From contig NW_024704742.1 of assembly GCF_018977255.1 (NCBI RefSeq), positions 22,632,001-22,696,000 of the forward strand: a stretch of 64,000 bases of DNA, given 5' to 3'. Positions 13,168 to 23,264 of this stretch are shown here, piece after piece. The notes beneath the pieces are model-generated. The model saw only the letters and a program-made list of their open reading frames with translations. It searched no databases and had not been told where the DNA came from. This DNA is from Callorhinchus milii (Eukaryota). The position numbers and the translations under genes are program-made. Position 1 is the first letter of the stretch, and every line of letters starts with the position of its first letter.

Positions 13168-15096
13168 TGTGTCTCTCACCCCCGCACGCCCCCGTGTGTC
13201 TCTCACCCCCGCACCGCCCTGTGTGTGTCTCACCCCCGCACCGCCCCCTGTGTGTCTCTCACCCCCGCACCGCCCCGTGTGTCTCTCACCCCCGCACCGC
13301 CCCTGTGTGTCTCTCACCCCCGCACCGCCCCCCGTGTGTCTCTCACCCCCGCACCGCCCTGTGTGTCTCTCACCCCCGCACCGCCCCCGTGTGTCTCACC
13401 CCCGCACCGCCCTGTGTGCCTCTCATCCCCGAACCGCCCTGTGTGTCTCTCACCCCCGCACCGCCCCCGTGTGTCTCTCACCCCCGCACCGCCCCCGTGT
13501 GTCTCACCCCCGCACCGCCCTGTGTGCCTCTCATCCCCGCACCGCCCTGTGTGTCTCTCACCCCCGCACCGCCCCTGTGTGTCTCTCACCCCCGCACCGC
13601 CCCCCGTGTGTCTCTCACCCCCGCACCGCCCTGTGTGTCTCTCACCCCCGCACCGCCCCCGTGTGTCTCACCCCCGCACCGCCCTGTGTGCCTCTCACCC
13701 CCGCACCGCCCCGTGCGTCTCTCACCCCCGCACCGCCCCGTGCGTCTCTCACCCCCGCACCGCCCCGTGCGTCTCTCACCCCCGCACCGCCCCGTGCGCC
13801 TCTCACCCCCGCACCGCCCTGTGCGTCTCTCACCCCCGCACCGCCCCGTGCGCCTCTCACCCCCGCACCGCCCTGTGCGTCTCTCACCCCCGCACCGCCC
13901 TGTGCGTCTCTCACCCCCGCACCGCCCAGTGTGTCTCTCACCCCCGCACCGCCCTGTGGGTCTCTCACCCCCGCACCGCCCTGTGCGTCTCTCACCCCCG
14001 CACCGCCCAGTGTGTCTCTCACCCCCGCACCGCTGTGTGTCTCTCACCCCCGCACCGCCCCGTGTGGCTCTCACCCCGCACCGCCCCGTGTGTCTCTCAC
14101 CCCCGCACCGCCCCGTGTGCCTCTCACCCCCGCACCGCCCCGTGTGCCTCTCACCCCCGCACCGCCCCGTGTGCCTCTCACCCCCGCACCGCCCCGTGTG
14201 CCTCTCACCCCCGCACCGCCCCGTGCGTCTCTCACCCCCGCACCGCCCCGTGCGTCTCTCACCCCCGCACCGCCCCGTGCGCCTCTCACCCCCGCACCGC
14301 CCGTGCGCCTCTCACCCCCGCACCGCCCCGTGCGTCTCTCACCCCCGCACCGCCCTGTGCGTCTCTCACCCCCGCACCGCCCTGTGCGTCTCTCACCCCC
14401 GCACCGCCCGTGTGCCTCTCACCCCCGCACCGCCCCGTGTGTCTCTCACCCCCGCACCGCCCCGTGTGTCTCTCACCCCCGCACCGCCCCGTGTGCCTCT
14501 CACCCCCGCACCGCCCCGTGTGCCTCTCACCCCCGCACCGCCCTGTGTGTCTCTCACCCCCGCACCGCCCCGTGTGTCTCTCACCCCCGCACCGCCCTGT
14601 GTGCCTCTCACCCCCGCACCGCCCCGTGTGCCTCTCACCCCCGCACCGCCCCGTGCGTCTCTCACCCCCGCACCGCCCTGTGTGCCTCTCACCCCCGCAC
14701 CGCCCCGTGGGTCTCTCACCCCCGCACCGCCCCGTGTGTCTCTCACCCCCGCACCGCCCCGTGTGTCTCTCACCCCCGCACCGCCCCGTGTGCCTCTCAC
14801 CCCCGCACCGCCCCGTGTGCCTCTCACCCCCGCACCGCCCCGTGCGTCTCTCACCCCGCACCGCCCTGTGTGCCTCTCACCCCCGCACCGCCCCGTGGGT
14901 CTCTCACCCCCGCACCGCCCCGTGTGTCTCTCACCCCCGCACCGCCCCGTGTGTCTCTCACCCCCGCACCGCCCTGTGTGCCTCTCACCCCCGCACCGCC
15001 CCGTGTGCCTCTCACCCCCGCACCGCCCCGTGCGTCTCTCACCCCCGCACCGCCCTGTGTGCCTCTCACCCCCGCACCGCCCTGTGTGTGCCTCTC
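13168..15096. repeat. 27-bp GC-rich minisatellite (CCCCCGCACCGCCCYGTGYGYCTCTCA)n, about 70 units by length
   Basis: Directly visible tandem array with point and +/-1-2 nt variants. It is the source of the 600-840 aa low-complexity ORFs. Confidence 0.97.
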
Positions 15097-15258
15097 TCTT
15101 TCTCTCTCTCCTCGCTGTTCTGCCTCCTCTAACACGCCTTCCTCTCACCCCCCCACCCCCACCCCCCACAGTGCTGCCTCTCGCTCTCTGCACATCTCTC
15201 TCTCCCTCCTCTCATCCTCTGCGCAGTGCTGTACCCCTCCCCTCCGGGTGTGGTGGTG

Positions 15259-15343
15259 GTGTGTGTGTGTGTGTGTGTGTGTGTGAGTGAGTGTGTTTCA
15301 CTTTCCACACTGCTGTCTGCACACACCCTCTCCACATCGCCGC

Positions 15344-15383
<40 letters not shown>
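15259..15383. repeat. Compound microsatellites (GT)n ... (CT)n(CA)n
   Basis: (GT)n ~15259-15285, (CT)n ~15346-15367, (CA)n ~15367-15383. Confidence 0.9.
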
Positions 15384-15564
15384 GCAGACACCCCCTCATC
15401 CGCACGGCTGTGTCTGGATGACCGACTCCGCGCGCTCCTCTTTGCCTCTCGCGCCAAACGCCCCGGGGGGTCGCCGTCTCGGGTGAGAGGGGTTTCAGAG
15501 CCGCGGGGAGGGGGTGGGGAGGGGAGGGGTGGGTGGTGGGTGGGTGGTGGGGGAGAGGAGGGCG

Positions 15565-15718
15565 ATGGGGCTGCAGCCGCTGGAGTTCAGTCACTGTTAC
15601 CTGGACAGTCCGACCTTCCGGGAGAGGCTGAAAGCTCACGAGGCGGAATTGGAGAAGACCAACAAGTTCATCAAAGAGCTGCTGAAGGACGGGAAGGCGC
15701 TGGTGGACGCCACCAAAC
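15565..15718 (+). CDS. ARHGAP10: Rho GTPase-activating protein 10 (GRAF2), coding exon 1 (BAR domain start)
   Basis: ATG at 15565 in GCGATGG context. Translates [51 protein letters not shown], the GRAF-family N-terminus. MGLQP...ATK fits ARHGAP10 rather than ARHGAP26, ARHGAP42 or OPHN1. Donor C|GTGAGT; 154 nt, ends in phase 1. Confidence 0.95.
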
Positions 15719-15773
15719 GTGAGTTTGCCGGCGGCGGCGGCGGGGCTTCGAGAAGCAGCGACTGGTGTTGTGA

Positions 15774-16458
15774 GGAGTGGGGGGGTTAGGGGAGTGGGGG
15801 GTTAGGGGAGTGGGGGGTTAGGGGAGTGGGGGTTAGGGGAGTGGGGAGTGGGGAGGGTAGGGGAGTGGGGGTGCGGGGGAGTGGGGGTTGGGGAGTGGGG
15901 GTTAGGGGAGTGGGGTTAGGGGAGTGGGGGGTTGGGGGAGTGGGGGTGCAGGGGAGTGGGGGTGCAGGGGAGTGGGGGGTGGGGAGGGTAGGGGAGTGGG
16001 GGTTAGGGGAGTGGGTGGTAGGGGAGTGGGGGTTAGGGGAGTGGGGGGTTAGGGGGGTGGGGAGGGTAGGGGAGTGGGGGTTAGGGGAGTGGGTGGTAGG
16101 GGAGTGGGGGTTGGGGGATTGGGGGTTGGGGGAGTGGGGGTTGGGGGAGTGGGGGGTTAGGGGAGTGGGGGTGCAGGGGAGTGGGGGTGCGGGGGAGTGG
16201 GGGTGCGGGGGAGTGGGGGGTTAGGGGAGTGGGGTGTAGGGGAGTGGGGGTGCAGGGGAGTGGGGGTGCAGGGGTGTAGGGGAGTGGGGGGGTAGGGGGG
16301 GTGTTGGGGAGTGGGGGTTAGGGGAGTGGGGGTGTGGGGGTGTAGGGGAGTGGGGGGGGTAGGGGAGTGGGGGTGGGGGGTTAGGGGGGTGGGGAGGGTA
16401 GGGGAGTGGAGGGGTGGGGGAGTGGGGGAGTGGGGGTAGGAGGATAGGGGTAGGGGAG
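15774..16458. repeat. G-rich tandem array (GGGGGTTAGGGGAGT)n and variants
   Basis: Visible 14-16 bp units of G4-G6 runs, many containing TTAGGG. Starts ~55 nt after the exon 1 donor. Confidence 0.93.
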
Positions 16459-16486
16459 TGAGGTTAGTGTACGGTACAGAGAAGCG

Positions 16487-16864
16487 CTGCCCTGCCCAGC
16501 CCCTGCCCAGCCAGCCCCTGCCCAGCCAGCCCCTGCCCAGCCAGCCCCTGCCCAGCCCCTGCCCAGCCAGCCCCTGCCCTGCCCAGCCAGCCAGCCCCTG
16601 CCCAGCCAGCCCCTGCCCAGCCAGCCCCTGCCCAGCCAGCCCCTGCCCAGCCCCTGCCCAGCCAGCCAGCCCCTGCCCAGCCAGCCAGCCCCTGCCCAGC
16701 CAGCCCCTGCCCAGCCAGCCAGCCCCTGCCCAGCCAGCCCCTGCCCAGCCCCTGCCCAGCCAGCCAGCCCCTGCCCAGCCAGCCAGCCCCTGCCCAGCCA
16801 GCCAGCCCCTGCCCAGCCCCTGCCCAGCCAGCCCCTGCCCAGCCCCTGCCCAGCCCCTGCCCAG
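16487..16864. repeat. C-rich tandem array of CCCTGC + (CCAG)1-3 units
   Basis: Visible 11/15/19-bp units: cccctgcccagccagcccctgc... Confidence 0.93.
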
Positions 16865-17365
16865 GTCTGACTGATCTGATCACTTGATGGCGTTGAAGCT
16901 GCTGTGGATCGAAAAGCTTCAGTGGAAAGAAAACTTGTTGCACTTTGTGGCAAAACAAGTGACTTGAACTTAACTCAGATACTGTGCTCACCAGAGAGGG
17001 GCAGGAAGTATGAGCAGAAAATAGCTATCTGATCAGGTTTTGGTAAATCTTTTTTTCTCCCCCACCCCTGAAAGCTACATGTGTTATTTGAGTACCCCCT
17101 CTCCCCCCTCTGGTTCGCTGGCTGTGTTGTGATGGATGTTGGCTACAACTGAGGCACATTGCAAACCTTCTCCATTGTTTTTAAAAAAGAGTCTTCTTTC
17201 TAGATCACTTAAAAAAAAACCCTGGCCAATGCTTGTTTCGGCTTTATACGAATACACTTTATACGAATGATGTCCAAAATTCTTGTCCAATTTTGAACTT
17301 CAAAAGTGAAATCCCTTTGGAGTCTGGAGCTCGACTTGGTCTGGCTGAACCCTGAACCTGCTCAC

Positions 17366-17713
17366 AATAATAATAATAATAATAATAATATCCTTGCATT
17401 TGATATAGAGCTTTTCACGTCGGGAGGACGTCCCAAAGCGCTTCACAGAACACACTGTTAAGTGAATTGACTGTATATTTGTGGGCGAACGCGGCAGCTA
17501 ATTGCGCACAGCAATGTCCCACAAACAGTCGTAGATAATAAATTGGTCATTTTCAATCCACGACCGTTTGTGGGACATTGCTGTGAGCAATTGGCTGCCG
17601 CGTTTCGCCCACAAATATACAGTCAATTCACTTTACAGTCTATTCTGTAAAGCGCTTTGAGACGTTGAGAAGACGTGAAAAACACTATATCAAATGCAAG
17701 GATTATTATTATT
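17366..17713. mobile_element. Two headless SINE 3' halves in inverted, head-to-head arrangement
   Basis: 17366-17535 is the minus-strand SINE body and tail; 17537-17713 is the plus-strand body and tail. Confidence 0.88.
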
Positions 17714-18054
17714 ATATAAGTAAATCCTGCAAAGCGCTTTGTTTATTGCTGAATTGCTGATTGATGTGCCAACCAACATCTTCATCCTATCCCAGTAGTT
17801 TTCACTGAGAAAGCTTAAAGACTCCTTACAGAGACCTAGTCTCTCCTTTACCACCTGGGATGTAAATTGCTTGAGCACGTTTTCCTTTCCTAGGATTGGA
17901 TCTATGTTCTAACTCTAGGAAATGTGTGGAATGGTCACTTATCACCAACTGTATTTACAAACCATTTTAGATTTTAAACCAAGGGTTTATATTGGTACCA
18001 GGTAGTTGTAGGGCCAGATACAATTGGTAATATTAAGATGGCGCTGATAATAAT

Positions 18055-18810
18055 TAATAATAATCGTTGCATTTGATCTAGAACCATATGTCCGAATGTC
18101 TCAAGTGCTTCACAGGATTTATTGTCATTTTTTTGACTTTGTACATGAATGGAGCAGCCAATATGTGCACAGCAATATCCCACATGGAGCCACGGGGAGA
18201 ATGACTTCATTTTATCTGGGGGACTGTAGGCCAGGGAGAAATGCTCTTGTCTTTTCAAATGGAGTTATGAGATCTTTAATGCTTACCTGAATAGATCGTC
18301 AGGACCTTGGTTTAACATCTTATCTGAAGTACGGCACATCCGATAATACAGACCACCCTCCTATAACTGAATTGGAGTTTTACTGTGAGCTCAGTGTCAA
18401 AGTCTAAGAGCCTTTATGTATTTACAGAGTTGTGAATCCTCACAATGTTATCATGAGATTTATGAAAATTGCTGTCTTGGAATAGGTTGTAACCTCATGA
18501 TTTCTGTCCGCTTCCTCCAGCCTGTCTGCTTGTTTGATTTTTTTTACGCACTTTGCTACTCACACTCCAGTCTAGGACTGGTGGGAAGTGCTGGATTGTC
18601 AAGAGGTGCCATCTAGGATAAAATGTTAAACCAAGAACTTGTCTGTCTGTTTTTGAGGTGGGAGTTAATATTCCATGACACAATTCAAAGGGCGTTTCCC
18701 GCAGTGTCTTGGCCAACAATCCTTTTGATAAATCGGTTGTTTGCCTTTTGAGTGTTTGTGACTTTGAGATGTTTCAGAACGATAAAGTGTTATAAAAATG
18801 AAAGTAAATT
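18055..18810. mobile_element. Two old Deu-type SINE remnants (- at ~18055-18390, + at ~18560-18810)
   Basis: Degenerate matches to the 5735 element: gagatctttaatgcttacctgaa on the minus copy; gaggtgccatct...aatgttaaacc...cagtgtcttggccaaca on the plus copy. Confidence 0.55.
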
Positions 18811-21800
18811 ATTTCTTGAACTCTGCGTTTCCTGCCTGGATGTATTATTTATTTATTTTTTTTTGCAAAAAACATATTCTCGTTTAGGTTCCCTGAACAG
18901 TAAATTCGGTGTGAACTGGGGCAGCAAGTAGTCAGAAATTCATAAAATTAACTTCTGAAAACCTTTGCATTTAAAAAAAATTGGAAGAACAACAGTTTAT
19001 TAAATAGTACCTTAATGTGTCGGTGGTGGGGTTGGGGTTGGGGAAGGGGAGAGGAAGCTGGAGAAAGGTGTCGAAAAGCACAGATGGGTTTGAAAGTGGA
19101 GAGGGTTAGCAGAAAGCAGAAAGATTCCACAATGGATTTCCAAAGAGCAGGGACAGAGTGTCTAAAGGGTTGCCCACTGATGGGAAAGTGGACTGGGGGA
19201 TGTGAAGCCGACTGGTGTTTGTTGAGCAGAGGGAGCAGGGATGGTAATGTTGCAGGAGATTGCAGAGGAGTTGTGGGCTGAGGCCATGGGAGACGTTTGA
19301 ATCTGAGGACGTGAATCTTCAATTCGATCCGCCTTGGGGATGTGTTGACAGCGGAGCCAAGTGCGGATGGGGGAACGAAATAAACAATAGGATTTGAGTC
19401 CTCTCTTTGGTACAGCAGAGATTTTCTTTACCTAAGACCAAAACCGTCAAAGTTCAAAATTAGACGGGTAAAATTCCTCCTGGGACTATATTTACTCTTA
19501 TTAACATAGCCTTTCAGAGCTTCCAGATTTTGGAAATTCTTAAATATAGCCTTAATCTTGAAGCCAGTTTACTGTAAGTTCTTTTAAGAAATTGGTAAAT
19601 TGACTTCAAACTAATGACTGAACACAACTCAATTTGCCCAAATTCTGGATGCTCCAAAGTGCAACGTTAACAGAGTATATCTAGTCCCAGGTGGAAGAGG
19701 GACTGTGTATACCAGCCTTGAATTGTCCTTTATACTGAATATGCTAATAAATTATTTTTTCACCCTCTCCCGATATTCACACCCATGGGGGATGGCAATA
19801 CAAATTTTTTGCTGGATAGCCTATTTTAATTGCAAAATGTAGCAAAGCCCACTGAACAGTAGTATTAATCTTCAACAATTGTACATTGTAGAACTTGCAA
19901 TATTTTCTCTAGATCATTTGCATGAATTATTTTCTGTTACCCCCTCTTCTTCTGTGGTTATTAATGGTAGTTCCCTACCCTTAAATGTTTTTCTATGACA
20001 CTCAAGATGATTCAAAGGTCTGTTGATCAAAAGACCTCTGATCTTAAATATTTACCTTTCGGGAGGGATGCTGTAAAGAGTTATAGATAGTGCTAACTTG
20101 TCCTTACTGAAGCAGAGAGAACTTTTATCGCAACCTTTTAAAGGTGGCCATGTCTTCTTGTTTGGTTATGCAAAGTTTTATGAATGTCTACTGATGTGTA
20201 AACTTACGCACAGGAACAGAGCGAAACAGAAACAGCAAAACAGAAAATTGTTCACACAATGATGTGAAAATATTTCCAGAAATCACAATGTGTAATTCCC
20301 CAGTGTGGTACAACTCAGAGTTCAGTAATTAGATTGATAGAAAGGAGTTTTCCGGCCAATAATCCCTTGGATAAAAACAATTGGTCGTTCATTTCATGGC
20401 TATTGCTGGTACATCGCTGTGTGCATATCGTGTTTGCCTACAAAATAAATCGTCATTATGCTTTACAGTAAAACCGAAGCACTTTGAGACATCCCCCAGA
20501 CGTGAAAGGCATAATATGAAATGCAAGCATTATTATTATTTGTGTATTAATCTGTTGAGAAATGCCTCTAAAGGCTGTTGCTAAATGTTTATTATGTTGC
20601 GGAAGGGTGTGTTATACTGCAAGCAGCTGTTTTTGATTAGTCTGAGAATGACTCATCTAAGCATAAATCGTGGGTTAATGTGTTACTTTAAAAATTGATT
20701 CCACACATACATCATTGAAGTGTGGGTGGGTGTAATAGTGAGGTACAAGAGCTTTGCTGAACTCGGACAGCAGGTTGTATTTAACGTGCTGATTGATATC
20801 GCCAGCAATTTGCTCATTCAGTGTCAATACCAATATGTAATTTAATGTATTGCCGCTGTTTTAGTCAGTTGGGATCTAGGATGAAGCTTATTATGAAATT
20901 CAGGCTAAGGAAATGATTGCCTCCAGCAGTAGAATTATAACAATTTGCGTGAATATATAACGCCCTTCACAGAGATTTATGTCTTGGAATGCTTTACAGT
21001 GGTGTGCCGGGCAGTGGGAAGGGGGAGGTGACCAAAGGGACGGTCAAAGAGAGAGGTTTTAAGACAGGACGTGAAGACAGATAGCGAGGGGCTGAGATGA
21101 ACGGTGGTATGGGTAGGGCGGCGGAATGTGCATCAAGCTAGCGTTAGCCGAGAGATATAGCAAACAGACCTGCTGAGGATCAAACTGGTCGCCAATATTG
21201 TTTCATGAGTTTGAGGGAGAGGCCAGGAAGGTTGAGAGGGTTAGAGCCAGTCGTGTGAAGAAATTGGCCGGAGCCAAGGATGATGGCTTCTATCTTATCC
21301 AGGTTCACTGGTAGGAAATTTCAGCTCATCCTTTGCCACCTACAACTCTGAGGGCCTGGAATCAAGAGTGGAAATGGAAAAGTAGATTTGGGTGTTAACC
21401 ACTCAGGACTGGGGACACTTCTCAGCTGTTACTGACTAACAGTTCTTTGCGTATGGGTCTTGTTCATGCACAGCTCACTTCTAGGTAGAGCAGCTTAATG
21501 TGGTGGATTTCTTCCTCCTTCCAAGAAGATGAAAGAAGAAATTGCCAGTGGAACCTATTTCGTCTTCAGTGCCACACCTCACTTCATAGAAACGGACAGA
21601 GGCCATTTGGCCCATTGTGTCTGTTCCATTGCTGTCTGTACCATCACACTTTATTATTGATCCCAGCACTTCCCCCCCCCACCCCTTAATATTTTTAACT
21701 GCTCAGATGCTTGTCCAATTTTGTTTGCAGTGATTATCCTGTGCCTTATCCTGTTGATGTTTTCTGATGTGTTCTGACCCAGCTGCTTAGAAAATGTAGC

Positions 21801-22246
21801 AGAGACTGATACAAAGGGGATATTGGACTCCCCCGGTGGTTTTGTGGGTAAAGAAAAATATCCAGGGCAAAACAGGATCATACAAACCAGAAGGCTGCTG
21901 CAGGTTTGAATTCCACTGTGTGCGCTGATTTAGTTGATTCAATGAGGGTGCAATAGATAGTGTCAGTGCCTTGTAATAAGAGTAGGAAAATCAATCCTGG
22001 TTTCTGGTTCTGAGCAGGTGAACAAATGGAATTAGACATTACGTGACCATAGGGGTAACCAGATCAACTTGAGCTTGTTCTTCTCCTTGCTTGACTTGGT
22101 AGGAAGTTTAAAAGGAAGCTAGATAGTTACTTGGGAAGTCAGGGAATCAAATTATAAATAGGAAATTAGAAAATTTGAGCTTAAAAGATATGCCATGACC
22201 CAATGAAGTGATGGGAATGACCTGAAAGTCGAATGGCCTCCTATTT

Positions 22247-22615
22247 GGAATCCTGTAGCGTATTGGTTGGAGCATTCACCTCGCAAGCGAGAGGACCTGG
22301 GTTCGATTCCTGGGCAGGGAGAAACCTTAGGCAAGTTTCCTTACTCCACACGCCTCTGTTTACCTAGCAGCAAGTAAGAACCTGTTTGTCGATTGGCCGA
22401 TCGCTTTCTGGGTGGTAATAATCCCATCAAAAAAAATAATACTAATAATTTGGTCACTCAATCCACAACTGTTTGTGGGACACTGCTATGTGCAATTGCC
22501 GCATTTTGCCCGCAAAATATACAGTCAATTCACTTTACAGTATATTCTGTGATGATACGTCTCGATGATGTGATAGGGCGATATATCAAATGCAAGGTTT
22601 ATTATTATTATTATA
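22247..22615 (+). mobile_element. tRNA-Ala-headed SINE, long subfamily
   Basis: Head with GGTTCGATTCC B box. Carries the extra internal segment ctctgtttacctagcagcaagtaagaacc...ttctggg. (TTA)n tail. Interrupts a CR1-like tail (gaatggcctcctatt|cctgtg). Confidence 0.88.
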
Positions 22616-22940
22616 TTCCTGTGACGACCACATTTGAACTCTACAGCATGGATCAAAGGATAGCAATCAGAAATGGGAGCCCTCGCTTATCCCCTCCCCT
22701 AGCCTAAAGTCATTGAGGCCAATTATAGTGTCTATGCATGAAATTGTCTCCTCTTGGCCAGGAAATACAAATCAAATAAACACAAATATACTACAGATTC
22801 TTAACACAGTGTGAAAGGAGCATCATAAGGCATTGTCGCACGGCTTCCACTTTACAAAGTGATGGACATTCTTTTGCTTTTCCATTCACAAAAATATTTA
22901 CCAAACAACACTCGTGAAGACATTGAACACATTACATTGT

Positions 22941-23264
22941 GGAGTCCTGTAGCTCAGTGGTTAGAGCACTTGCTTTGCAAGTGAGAGACCCGAGTTCAAT
23001 TCCAGGCAGGTCAGGGCGAAACCTTGGGCAAGTTTCCTTACTCCACACAGAGCCTAATAATAATCCCTCCAAAACCAAAAACAATAATAAATTGGTTATT
23101 TTTAATCTACGACTGTTTGTGGGACATTGCTATGCGCAATTGGCTGCTGAGTTCGCCCACAAATATACAGTCAATTCACTTTACAGTGTGTTCTGTGAAG
23201 CGCTTTGGGACGTCCTCCCGACGTGAAAAGCGCTATATCAAATGCAAGGATTATTATTATTATT
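22941..23264 (+). mobile_element. tRNA-Ala-headed SINE, short (young) subfamily
   Basis: Full length from GGAGTCCTGTAGCTCAGTGGTTAGAGC to gggacgtcctcccgacgtgaaaagcgctatatcaaatgcaagg(att)n. Confidence 0.9.

Larger units (their letters stand above)
15100..15770 (+). promoter_or_regulatory. CpG-rich promoter / 5' UTR / exon 1 region of ARHGAP10
   Basis: GC-rich with many CpGs around the start codon (ccgcgcgc, cgccccggggggtcgccg, (GGC)n after the donor) in an otherwise AT-rich, CpG-poor window. The TSS cannot be placed from sequence. Confidence 0.6.

Noticed and set aside
13168..15096. CRISPR-like regularly repeated array
   Set aside because: Units are head-to-tail with no unique spacers, there are no cas genes, and the DNA is vertebrate.
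12758..15290. Long ORFs of 842, 698 and 635 aa and antisense ORFs
   Set aside because: All frames of the 27-bp minisatellite lack stops, so the Pro/Cys/His-rich translations are repeat artefacts.
15774..16458. Interstitial telomere or chromosome fusion site
   Set aside because: TTAGGG occurs only inside a longer 14-16 bp unit; there is no (TTAGGG)n tract or head-to-head CCCTAA array.
15826..16991. Gly/Trp-rich and Pro/Gln/Ala-rich ORFs
   Set aside because: Translations of the G-rich and C-rich intronic tandem arrays.
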